From: an uncultured Actinomycetota bacterium
GTDB lineage: Bacteria > Actinomycetota > Actinomycetes > Streptosporangiales > Streptosporangiaceae
Length of the DNA stretch: 64,000 bases
Assembly (NCBI GenBank): GCA_963739025.1
Contig: CAVTYS010000007.1
Span: 92,467 to 156,466 of the forward strand
Reading direction: 5' to 3'
In this document: positions 1 through 8,263 of the stretch, one piece after another
Layout: each line of letters begins with the position of its first letter
Position numbering within the stretch: position 1 is the stretch's first letter
The notes under the pieces: model-generated
What the model saw: the letters and a program-made list of their open reading frames with translations, nothing else
Told to the model about the DNA's origin: nothing
The model's database searches: none
Translations under genes and position numbers: made by a program

Positions 1-232
1 CGGGGCGTCGGCGGCAGGCGGATGTGCGGCCAGCCAAGGCGCAGGTTCACGGTGAGGCGCAGTGTTTGCGGCTCTATGTGACGCAGACGCTACCTCGTGA
101 GCGGTGCATGCCCCGGTCCACGCCTCCGCCCGCGGGATCTGCGAAGGCAATGTGTTTGGGCGAAGAGAAAACGGCGCTATAAGGTCCTGAGTCTTCAGCT
201 AAGGCCGGTGCCGACGCCGGCGCGCCTGCGGA

Positions 233-319
233 GAGGTGCGCGAGGGGCTACCGGGAGGTGCGCGAGGGGCTACCGGGAGGTGCGCGAGGGGCTGCGGTGA
301 GGTGCGCGGGGGCTGCGGA
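233..319. repeat. 22-bp tandem repeat, about 4 copies (GAGGTGCGCGAGGGGCTACCGG; copies 3-4 diverged)
   Basis: Read directly. Units 233-254 and 255-276 are identical; 277-298 and 299-319 are degenerate. It lies just 3' of the response-regulator stop at 345. Confidence 0.9.
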
Positions 320-344
320 GCGCGGTGGGGCGTGAACGCTGCCG

Positions 345-1013
345 TCAGGAGGCGCGGCGGGCTTTGACGAGGCCGGTTTCGTAGGCGAACACGACCGCCT
401 GGACCCGGTCGCGCAGGCCGAGCTTGGCCAGCACCCGGCCGACGTGCGTCTTGACAGTGGCCTCGGAGACGAACAGCCGCTCCGCGATCTCGGTGTTGCT
501 CAGGCCCTGGGCGATCAGCGTGAGGACCTCGTGTTCGCGGCTCGTGAGCCCGGCCAGGTCGGGCGGCTCCTGGTCGGCGCCCTCGGGCAGCATGGGGGCG
601 AAGCGGTCTATCAGCCGCTTGGTCGTGGACGGGGCGACGACAGCGTCGCCGGAGTGAACGGCCCTGATCCCGAACAGCAGTTCCTCCGGCGGCACGTCCT
701 TCAGCAGGAAGCCGCTGGCGCCTGCCTTCAGCGCAGCGAACGCGTATTCGTCCAGGTCGAACGTTGTCAGCATCAGGACTCGCGGCCGGTCCCCTGCCTG
801 GCAGATGCGCCGCGTAGCCTCGATGCCGTCCAGCTTCGGCATCCTGACGTCCATCACAGCGACGTCGGCCTGCTTCTCCTTCAGCAGCGCGACCGCGGTC
901 AGCCCGTCGCCGGCCTCGCCGACGACGGTCATGTCGGGTTGCGCGTCGAGCACCATCCGGAACCCGGTGCGTACCAGTTCCTGGTCATCGACCAGGAGAA
1001 TCCTGATGTTCAC
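345..1013 (-). CDS. NarL/FixJ (LuxR-type) response regulator
   Basis: N-terminal receiver (ILLVDDQ...VAVMDVRMPKLDG) and C-terminal LuxR HTH (LTSREHEVL...NTEIAERLFVSEATVKTHV). GTG start overlaps the kinase stop (GTGA). Confidence 0.9.
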   Translation of the reverse strand: MNIRILLVDDQELVRTGFRMVLDAQPDMTVVGEAGDGLTAVALLKEKQADVAVMDVRMPKLDGIEATRRICQAGDRPRVLMLTTFDLDEYAFAALKAGASGFLLKDVPPEELLFGIRAVHSGDAVVAPSTTKRLIDRFAPMLPEGADQEPPDLAGLTSREHEVLTLIAQGLSNTEIAERLFVSEATVKTHVGRVLAKLGLRDRVQAVVFAYETGLVKARRAS

Positions 1014-2386
1014 GCGGCACCAGCCTGCATGGGGCCCACGGGCAGCCGCGCGGTGACGCGGAACCCGCCGCCAGGCACCGGCTCGGCCCTGACCGAGCCG
1101 CCGTACATGGCCGCGCGCTCGCGCATGCCGGTCAGCCCGTGGCCCGCGCCGTCGCAGGCGGCAGCGCCGCCGATACCGTTGTCAGAGATGATCAGCTCGA
1201 TGCCATCGGGGAAGTAGCGCAGCAGCACGCTGGCCTGCGCGAACGGGCCAGCGTGCTTGCGGATGTTCGTGAGTGACTCCTGCACGATGCGGTAGGCGGC
1301 GAGCGCGGCGCCGCCGGCCAGCGGGTGCGGCTCGCCCTCGATCGTGCAGGACACCGCGAGCCCGGCCGTCCTGGTCTGATCGAACAGGTCGTCCAGCTGC
1401 TCGATGCCGGGCATCGGCGTGAGCGATGCCGGTTCGGAGATCGCTGGACCCGCCTCTGACCTCGTGGCCTCTGACCGCTTCGCCTCTGACCGCGTCCCCT
1501 CTGACGCGGCCGGCCGGTCACGGAACGCGACCGCGGCCGTGGCTCGCCCACTAGTCACGCCCGCCGGAGTCGCCGGCACCGGCGGTCCCGGCGCTGGCGG
1601 TCTAGGCGCTGGCGGTCCAGGCAGCGGCGCGTCGTCGCTCCTGCGTAGCACGCCGAGCAGGGCACGCATCTCCGCGAGCGCCTGACGGCCGGTCGCCGAG
1701 ATAGCGGCCAGTGCCTCGCGGGCCCTCGCCGGGTCAGGCTCGAGCGCGTACGCGGCGCCATCGGCCTGCACCACCATCACGCTCACGTTGTGCGCGACGA
1801 CGTCGTGCAACTCGCGCGCGATGCGGGCCCGCTCCGCCGCCGCGGCGATCTTGGCTTGCGCGTCCCTGTCCCGCTCGAGCCGCGCTGCCCGCTCCTCCAG
1901 GTTGGCGTAGTACGCGCGGCGGTACCGCATCGAATCGCCGAGCACCCAGGCGATCAGCGAGGGACCGGCGAACAGGATCGTGGCCGTGATCAACCAGTTC
2001 GGTACGTGCGCCCAGATCGCGCGGGTGTACATCCTGCCCAGCTCGGCCGCCGAGCCCAGCAGGCAGATGCCGAGCCCGGTGACCGACAGGCGCCTGGTCG
2101 TGTACGCGGCGAGGGTATAGAGCAGCACCACGATGCTCAGGTCGGCCGGGCTCGGCCGGAGTCCGAGGGCGACCTGAAGCGCCCCGACCACTATGACGGT
2201 TGTGAACGCGCCAACGGGATGCGTCCGCCGGAACACGACAGGCACCGTGAGCGCCAGCGTGACCGGGATCAGAGCGTATCGCCGCAGGCCGAGCGCCTCC
2301 GCCAGGCCGCCGAAGCTCAGCGCGAGCGCGAGCACGCCGTCGACCAGCCTCGGGTGACGGCGCAACCAGGCGTACAGCGCGGACAC
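1010..2386 (-). CDS. Sensor histidine kinase (HisKA_3 / NarX-type) with a Pro/Ser/Glu-rich insertion
   Basis: N-terminal TM segments, H-box ARELHDVVAHNVSV and C-terminal HATPase (SDNGIGG...GHGLTGMRERA). A low-complexity linker of about 90 aa separates the two domains. Confidence 0.85.
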   Translation of the reverse strand: MSALYAWLRRHPRLVDGVLALALSFGGLAEALGLRRYALIPVTLALTVPVVFRRTHPVGAFTTVIVVGALQVALGLRPSPADLSIVVLLYTLAAYTTRRLSVTGLGICLLGSAAELGRMYTRAIWAHVPNWLITATILFAGPSLIAWVLGDSMRYRRAYYANLEERAARLERDRDAQAKIAAAAERARIARELHDVVAHNVSVMVVQADGAAYALEPDPARAREALAAISATGRQALAEMRALLGVLRRSDDAPLPGPPAPRPPAPGPPVPATPAGVTSGRATAAVAFRDRPAASEGTRSEAKRSEATRSEAGPAISEPASLTPMPGIEQLDDLFDQTRTAGLAVSCTIEGEPHPLAGGAALAAYRIVQESLTNIRKHAGPFAQASVLLRYFPDGIELIISDNGIGGAAACDGAGHGLTGMRERAAMYGGSVRAEPVPGGGFRVTARLPVGPMQAGAA

Positions 2387-2491
2387 GGCTCAAGGTTAGC
2401 CGGGCGATTCCGCCCTGACGTCATCCCGCGGGCTGGACCCGCGCTCATCCTCGCGGATGACACCGCGGCCGTGGACAGGCGACATCACTGA

Positions 2492-2730
2492 TCGTCTCAC
2501 ATCAGTGGTCGAAGTCATTCGAGACAGCCAAGGCTCTGCGCCGAGCAGATCAGGCATCATCATGGGACGTCGACGACCTGGCAAGCCAAGGCGCTCGCGC
2601 AGGCGACCGCGCTCGACGGCGAGCTGACGGCCCTGCTCGCGCTGCTCCAGCCAGGCGACGCGCTCACCAAGGCCAAGGCGATCCAGGCTGACGCCTCAGC
2701 GCTGGCTGACCTGATCAAAAAGCACCAGTA
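2492..2730 (+). pseudogene. Orphan 3' coding remnant without a start codon (...TWQAKALAQATALDGELTALLALLQPGDALTKAKAIQADASALADLIKKHQ*)
   Basis: The open frame from the stop at 2489 to TAA at 2728-2730 has high GC3, but I found no ATG/GTG/TTG in frame. It sits in the divergent intergenic region. Confidence 0.3.
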
Positions 2731-2819
2731 AAGCCCGGCCGGCCACAACGGTGTCCGCCAAACGGATGACGCCAGCCTGACGAACTGGCCGACGCGCGGG
2801 CTGTCCCGCCGGCCGCACG

Positions 2820-3746
2820 ATGGGTGCCATGGCAGACGCGGCACCAGCTTCAGCCCAGGCGGCGGACTATGCCGTCCGGGTCCGCCGCACGGCGGACTAT
2901 GCCGTCCGGGTCCGCGGGCTGCGCAAGCAGTACCGCGGGGCGACCGCGGTCGCGGGAATTGACCTGGACATCGAACGCGGCGAGATCTTCGCGCTGCTCG
3001 GTCCTAACGGCGCGGGCAAGACCACGACCATCGAGATACTCGAAGGGCACAGGCGCAGGGACGCCGGCGACGTCAGCGTGCTCGGCTCGGACCCGTCCAA
3101 GGCCGACCGGGCCTGGCGGGCACGTATCGGCGTCGTGCCGCAGACCCAGACGACCACGGGCGAGCTCACTGTGCGCGAGATGGTGGGCCACTTCGGCGCG
3201 TACTTTCCCGACCCGCGCGATCCCGACGAGGTGATCGAGGAGGTCGGGCTCGGCGAGCAGGCACGCACCAGGCTCCGGCGCCTGTCCGGCGGGCAGCTCC
3301 GCCGCGTCGATGTCGCAGTCGGCATCGTCGGCCGTCCTGAGCTGCTCTTCCTCGACGAGCCGACGACCGGTTTCGACCCGCAGGCGCGGCGCAGGTTCTG
3401 GGAACTGATCGCCCGCCTGGCCGAAGACGGCACCACCATCCTGCTCACGACGCACTACCTGGACGAGGCGGCGGCGCTGGCCAGCCGGGTCGGCGTGCTC
3501 GCCGGCGGCCGCGTCGTAGCGACCGGAACGCCAGCTGACCTGGGCAGGACCGACGACACGGCGACGGTCAGCTGGCAGGCACCGGACGGCATGCGGTCGG
3601 TGCGCACGCCAGCGCCCGCGGGCTGCGTGATGCAACTAGCCAAGGAAGCCGGAGGCGAAGTCCCTGGCCTAACCGTCACGCGACCCTCGCTAGAAGACAG
3701 GTACCTCGAGCTCATCGGGAACCAGGGGAACGGAGCAGCGGAATGA
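2820..3746 (+). CDS. ABC transporter ATP-binding protein (ABC-2/DrrA-like)
   Basis: Walker A GPNGAGKTT, signature LSGGQLRR, Walker B LLFLDEPT. The start is uncertain (ATG 2820 or 2829). The N-terminus carries a 30-bp in-frame duplication. Confidence 0.9.
   Translation: MGAMADAAPASAQAADYAVRVRRTADYAVRVRGLRKQYRGATAVAGIDLDIERGEIFALLGPNGAGKTTTIEILEGHRRRDAGDVSVLGSDPSKADRAWRARIGVVPQTQTTTGELTVREMVGHFGAYFPDPRDPDEVIEEVGLGEQARTRLRRLSGGQLRRVDVAVGIVGRPELLFLDEPTTGFDPQARRRFWELIARLAEDGTTILLTTHYLDEAAALASRVGVLAGGRVVATGTPADLGRTDDTATVSWQAPDGMRSVRTPAPAGCVMQLAKEAGGEVPGLTVTRPSLEDRYLELIGNQGNGAAE
2861..2920 (+). repeat. 30-bp in-frame tandem duplication inside the ABC ATPase N-terminus (ADYAVRVRRT / ADYAVRVRGL)
   Basis: GGCGGACTATGCCGTCCGGGTCCGC occurs at 2861 and again at 2891. 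The copies differ only in the last few bases. Confidence 0.9.
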
Positions 3747-4615
3747 TCGCCACCTCGCAGCAGGGAGGCGCGGGACGCCAGGCGCGCCTGGCCAGGGGCC
3801 GCGGGTCAGCGGCCGGGACCGGGCTGCCCGCGTTCGGCCGGGTCAGCCTGATCCGCGGGATCGTCGAGATCAAGCAGTTCGCGAGGCAGCGCGAGAACGT
3901 GATCTTCACGATCTCGCTGCCGATCATCCTGCTGCTGCTGTTCGGCCAGATCTTCCACGGCGAGGTCGGAGCCACGGGGGTGAGCTTCCGGCAGTACTTC
4001 ATCGCCGGGATCCTCGCCAGCGGCCTGATGTCGGCCACATTCGTGGGCGTCGGCGTCAGCATCGCGGCCGACCGCGATGACGGCACGCTGTCGAGGCTGG
4101 CCGGCACCCCGCTGCAGCCCGCCGCGTACTTCGCCGGCAAGGCCGTCCTGGCGTTCGTCACCGCGTTGCTTGAGGTGGCGGCGCTGCTCGCGGTCGGCGT
4201 CGCGTTCCTCGGCCTGAACCTCCCTGCCACGCCGGAGCGCTGGTTCACCCTGGCCTGGGTGCTGGTGCTCGCCAGTGCCACCTGCTCGATGCTCGGCATC
4301 GCCGTCGGGGTGGTGGTCAGGTCCACCCGCAGTGCGTTCGCCACCATGAACCTGCCCTACCTGGTGCTGTCGTTCATATCCGGGGTCTACTTCGTGTTCT
4401 CCAAGCTGCCAGCCGGGCTGCAGCACATCGCCGCGATCTTCCCTCTCAAGTGGATCTGCCAGGGCCTGCGGTCGGCGTTCCTGCCCGACCGGCTGCTGGC
4501 CGCCGAACCGGCACACAGCTGGGAACACGGCAAGACCGCACTGGTGCTTGGGATCTGGCTCGTCGCAAGCTTGGTGGTATGCGTGCGAACCTTCCGGTGG
4601 CAACGGCAGGGTTGA
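3743..4615 (+). CDS. ABC-2 type transporter permease
   Basis: Six predicted hydrophobic segments. ATGA overlap with the ATPase stop. Confidence 0.85.
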   Translation: MIATSQQGGAGRQARLARGRGSAAGTGLPAFGRVSLIRGIVEIKQFARQRENVIFTISLPIILLLLFGQIFHGEVGATGVSFRQYFIAGILASGLMSATFVGVGVSIAADRDDGTLSRLAGTPLQPAAYFAGKAVLAFVTALLEVAALLAVGVAFLGLNLPATPERWFTLAWVLVLASATCSMLGIAVGVVVRSTRSAFATMNLPYLVLSFISGVYFVFSKLPAGLQHIAAIFPLKWICQGLRSAFLPDRLLAAEPAHSWEHGKTALVLGIWLVASLVVCVRTFRWQRQG

Positions 4616-4618
4616 CCG

Positions 4619-5809
4619 GTGCACCCTGAGACGGCTGTCAGTCACGCGTGGGAGCGCGGCGAGCGACGCTGGGACGCGTACTTCGCCGTCATCCTGGCCG
4701 GCACCCTGGCGCTAGTCCAGATGGCAGGATCGCCAACCGGACAGGAGCGGCTATTCGCCAGCGCGGCCCTGGTCGCGATGGTGCCGTGGTACGTGCTGCT
4801 CGGCCGTCGCGCCATCTACGGCCCGGGAGACAGCGTCTGGCCAGGCGTGATCTACCTGACCGGGCTGATCGCGCTGCTGGCCGTGGCCGAGGCCGCGGCC
4901 AGCACCGGAAGCGTCACGTTCATCCTGCTCGCGCTCGGGCCGCAGGCATTCATGGCGGCGATGACCTACCGGCTGGCAGTGGTCGCCGTCGTCCTTCTGA
5001 ACGCGACCGCCGTGCTGACTGCGCTGGCCAGGGGAGCCCGCGGCGCCGACCTCGCAGCCCCGATCGCGGTCGCAGCCCTGACGGCGGTGTTCAGCATCGC
5101 GTTCGGCACCTGGATTAACCAGATCATCGACCAGAGCAGGGAGCGGGCCGAGCTGATCGAGCAGCTCGAGCGGACCAGGGCCGAGCTCGCCGAGGCCAAC
5201 CGCCAGGCCGGGATCCTGGCCGAGCGCGACCGGCTGGCAAGCGAGATCCACGACACGATCGCCCAGGGCTTCACCAGCATCGTGATGCTCGTCCAGGCCG
5301 CGGAGGCGATGATCGGGGCGGACACCGAGCGCGCCCGCAAGCAACTCGACCTGATCGCCAGGACCGCGCGGGAGAACCTCGCTGAAGCGCGGGCGCTGGT
5401 GGCCGGGCTCGCCCCAGCGCCGCTGGCGGCTGCTTCGCTTGCCGACGCGCTCGCCAGGCTCGCGGACCGGGCCAGGGAGGAGTCGGGCCTGGCGGCAGAG
5501 TTCCGGGTGGCTGGCACGCCGCGGCCGGTCGCTACCAGCGCCGAGGTGGTCCTGCTCAGGGTCTGCCAGGAGGCGCTGTCCAACGTGCGCCAGCACGCGG
5601 GAGCGACGTCGGTGCTGGTCCTGCTGAGCTATCGCGATGACGGCGTCATGCTGGAGGTGACTGACGATGGCTCAGGATTCGACCCCGGCCAGCCCGTCAG
5701 CGGGTACGGGCTGCGCGGAATGCGGGCCAGGGTGGCCGACATCGGGGGCGACCTGACCGTGCGGAGCGCGGCGGGCGCCGGCACGACGGTGACAGCGGAG
5801 GTGCGGTGA
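4619..5809 (+). CDS. Sensor histidine kinase (HisKA_3 type)
   Basis: Polytopic N-terminus, H-box ASEIHDTIAQGFTSI and HATPase (TDDGSGF...GYGLRGMRARV). Confidence 0.9.
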   Translation: MHPETAVSHAWERGERRWDAYFAVILAGTLALVQMAGSPTGQERLFASAALVAMVPWYVLLGRRAIYGPGDSVWPGVIYLTGLIALLAVAEAAASTGSVTFILLALGPQAFMAAMTYRLAVVAVVLLNATAVLTALARGARGADLAAPIAVAALTAVFSIAFGTWINQIIDQSRERAELIEQLERTRAELAEANRQAGILAERDRLASEIHDTIAQGFTSIVMLVQAAEAMIGADTERARKQLDLIARTARENLAEARALVAGLAPAPLAAASLADALARLADRAREESGLAAEFRVAGTPRPVATSAEVVLLRVCQEALSNVRQHAGATSVLVLLSYRDDGVMLEVTDDGSGFDPGQPVSGYGLRGMRARVADIGGDLTVRSAAGAGTTVTAEVR

Positions 5810-6447
5810 TCAGGGTTCTGCTGGCCGACGACCATCCCGTGGTCAGGGAGGGGCTGCGCGGCATGCTCGCGGCCGAGCCCGACATCGAGGTGGCTGGCGA
5901 GGCCGCGTCGGGCGCCGAGGCCGTAGCGCTGTTCTGGTCGCTGCGACCCGACGTGGTGCTGATGGACCTGCGCATGCCGGGCGGCGACGGCGTTGACGCG
6001 ATCGGGAAGATCAGGGCCGGCCACGGCGGCGCCGCGAAGATCATCGTGCTCACCACCTTCGACACCGACGCCGACATCCTGCGCGCCGTCGAAGCCGGAG
6101 CGACCGGGTACCTGCTCAAAGACGCGCCACGGGCTGAGCTGCTCCGCGCCATCCGCGCGGTCGCAAGCGGCGAGACCGTTCTTGCCCCTGTGGTGGCCGG
6201 CCGCCTGGTGTCCCGGGTACGCGGGCCGGGGCCCGACGCGCTGTCCGCCAGGGAGACCGAGGTGCTGGCCCTGGTCGCGCGCGGGCTGACCAACGTCCAG
6301 ATCGGCCGCGCCCTGTTCGTCAGCGAGGCGACCGTGAAGACGCACCTGATGCGGGCCTGTGCGAAGCTCGGCGTGACCGGCCGCACGGCCGCGGTGACCA
6401 AGGCGATGGAGACCGGCGCCCTGCCGCCGCCAGGCGGGCCATCCTGA
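5806..6447 (+). CDS. NarL/FixJ (LuxR-type) response regulator
   Basis: Receiver VLLADDHP...VLMDLRMPGGDG and HTH LSARETEVL...NVQIGRALFVSEATVKTHL. Overlaps the kinase stop. Confidence 0.9.
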   Translation: MIRVLLADDHPVVREGLRGMLAAEPDIEVAGEAASGAEAVALFWSLRPDVVLMDLRMPGGDGVDAIGKIRAGHGGAAKIIVLTTFDTDADILRAVEAGATGYLLKDAPRAELLRAIRAVASGETVLAPVVAGRLVSRVRGPGPDALSARETEVLALVARGLTNVQIGRALFVSEATVKTHLMRACAKLGVTGRTAAVTKAMETGALPPPGGPS

Positions 6448-6520
6448 GGCGGCGGCGCGGGGGGCAGGGCACGCGCCGCACCGTCGTGTACGCGGCCGGG
6501 CCGCGGGTAACCAACTGGCT

Positions 6521-7558
6521 ATGAGGGAAAGGTCAGCTGTGAGCATTACGCAGCCCTCGGCCGCTGGTGAGCACCGCAACGCTGGCCTGCCTGGGCCCGG
6601 CTGGATGGAGCCGCAGCTGGCGACGCTGACCAGGGACCGGTTCTCTGATCCGGCGTGGATCTACGAGCGCAAGTTCGACGGCGAGCGCTGCCTGGCCTAC
6701 CGCTCGGGCGACCGGGTGCTGCTCATGACCCGCAACAAGCAGGACGTCAGCCGCACCTACCCTGAGGTCCGCGACGCGCTAGCCGCGCAGCCGGCCCAGG
6801 ACTTCGTGTGCGACGGCGAGGTTGTGGCTTTCGACGGCCAGGCAACGAGTTTCAGCAGGCTGCAGCAGCGCCTAGGCGTGCGCGATCCTGGCGCGGAACT
6901 ACGCCGCAGGGTGCCGGTGGTCTACTACATCTTCGACCTGCTCGCCGTCGGCGAGGACCTGCGCAGGGTCCCGCTGATCGAGCGCAAGAAGCTGCTGGCC
7001 GACAAGCTGACCTTCGCTGACCCGCTCCGCTTCACCGAACACCGGGTCGGCGACGGCGTCGCGTACTACGAGCAGGCGTGCCGGAATCGCTGGGAAGGCC
7101 TGATCGCCAAGCGCGCTGACGCGCTGTACCGGGCCGGCCGGAGCAAGGACTGGCTGAAGTTCAAGTGCGAGAACAGCCAGGAGCTCGTGATCGGCGGCTA
7201 CACGGACCCGCAGGGCTCGCGGACCCATTTCGGTGCGCTGCTGCTTGGCTACTACGACCAGCAGGGCAGGCTCGTCTATGCGGGCAAGGTGGGGACCGGC
7301 TTCAGCGAGGCGACGCTCGCTGGCCTGGGCCGCTCGCTGCGCGAGCTCGAGCGGGAGGAGCCGCCGTTCGATCCCGCGCTGCTGCCGCGGCCCGGCGGTG
7401 GCGGGCCGCCACGGGCCGGCGTCCACTGGGTCGAGCCCGCGCTGGTCGCACAGGTCGGCTTCAGCGAGTGGACGACGGCCGGGCAGCTGCGCCACCCCAG
7501 GTATTTGGGCCTGCGCGACGACAAAGACCCGGCGGCCGTGGTCCGCGAGACCGCCTAG
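6521..7558 (+). CDS. ATP-dependent DNA ligase (stand-alone LigD-ligase/LigC-like domain)
   Basis: Adenylation motif I KFDGERC, EGLIAKR and DWLKFK, plus an OB-fold tail. An alternative GTG start at 6539 follows a GGGAAAGG RBS. Confidence 0.85.
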   Translation: MRERSAVSITQPSAAGEHRNAGLPGPGWMEPQLATLTRDRFSDPAWIYERKFDGERCLAYRSGDRVLLMTRNKQDVSRTYPEVRDALAAQPAQDFVCDGEVVAFDGQATSFSRLQQRLGVRDPGAELRRRVPVVYYIFDLLAVGEDLRRVPLIERKKLLADKLTFADPLRFTEHRVGDGVAYYEQACRNRWEGLIAKRADALYRAGRSKDWLKFKCENSQELVIGGYTDPQGSRTHFGALLLGYYDQQGRLVYAGKVGTGFSEATLAGLGRSLRELEREEPPFDPALLPRPGGGGPPRAGVHWVEPALVAQVGFSEWTTAGQLRHPRYLGLRDDKDPAAVVRETA

Positions 7559-7584
7559 CCCGCAGCCGTCGTCAGGGAGGCGGC

Positions 7585-7821
7585 CTAGCCCAGGGCGGGA
7601 CCGCCGCGGCTCGCGGAGTCAAAGTCGCCGGTGCCGTCCAGCGCCCCGGCCGCATGGCTCTGCGGATAGACCGTCCGGCCCGCAACCGGGATCTGCTCGG
7701 GATGGCGGCCGGCGACCGTGGCGCGCTGGATCTTGACGTACCGCATGATGTCCGGCCAGCCAAGTGCCAGGGCGAATCCCGCCCCGGCCACGACGGCGAG
7801 CTTGACGATGTTCTTGACCAC
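7585..7821 (-). CDS. Small membrane protein (hypothetical)
   Basis: One N-terminal TM segment followed by PDIMRYVKI. GTG start with a GGGGGA RBS. Confidence 0.5.
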   Translation of the reverse strand: MVKNIVKLAVVAGAGFALALGWPDIMRYVKIQRATVAGRHPEQIPVAGRTVYPQSHAAGALDGTGDFDSASRGGPALG

Positions 7822-7923
7822 CTGCGTCCCCCGCTCACATACCCCGGGCAGCGCCCGGTACCTGACCCCGCCGTCATCATCGCACGGAGTTCGCGGCCGT
7901 AACCGCCCCGAGCGCCGTCAAGA

Positions 7924-8181
7924 CTAGGACGATCTTCGCTGGTCAGCGCCAGGCGACCCGGTCCTGTCGGGCTCGGGCTCCAGCGGCGCGCCCGGATCTG
8001 GCATGACCTGACGGCCGCCCTCGCGCGCGTCGAAGGCGCCGCCCACGACCTCGCGGTGCCGCCCCGTCTCACGCTGCTGGCGGTGCGGCGCGTTCCTGCC
8101 CGCCCTGAAGACGACGGTGATCCACAGGGCCAGCGCCGCGGCGAAGGCCACGGCCATGATGCCGAGCCAGTAGTTGGGCAT
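7924..8181 (-). CDS. Small membrane protein (hypothetical)
   Basis: ATG at 8181 is preceded by GGGGAGG. One TM segment (YWLGIMAVAFAAALALWITVVF). Confidence 0.5.
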   Translation of the reverse strand: MPNYWLGIMAVAFAAALALWITVVFRAGRNAPHRQQRETGRHREVVGGAFDAREGGRQVMPDPGAPLEPEPDRTGSPGADQRRSS

Positions 8182-8263
8182 GACACTCACCTCCCCTTGG
8201 TCATCATGTCCGCTGGCCGGCCGGGGCAAGCCTGGTCAGCGGACATGATGGGGGGAGGGCAGG

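Noticed and set aside
97-300. 67-aa ORF
   Set aside because: Its C-terminal third (233-300) runs through the 22-bp tandem repeat array and it has no RBS. It is not a gene.
233-319. Possible CRISPR array (also considered for 24048-24128, 36511-36544 and 41339-41371)
   Set aside because: The repeats are directly adjacent with no spacers, only 11-22 bp long and few in number, and no cas genes are present.
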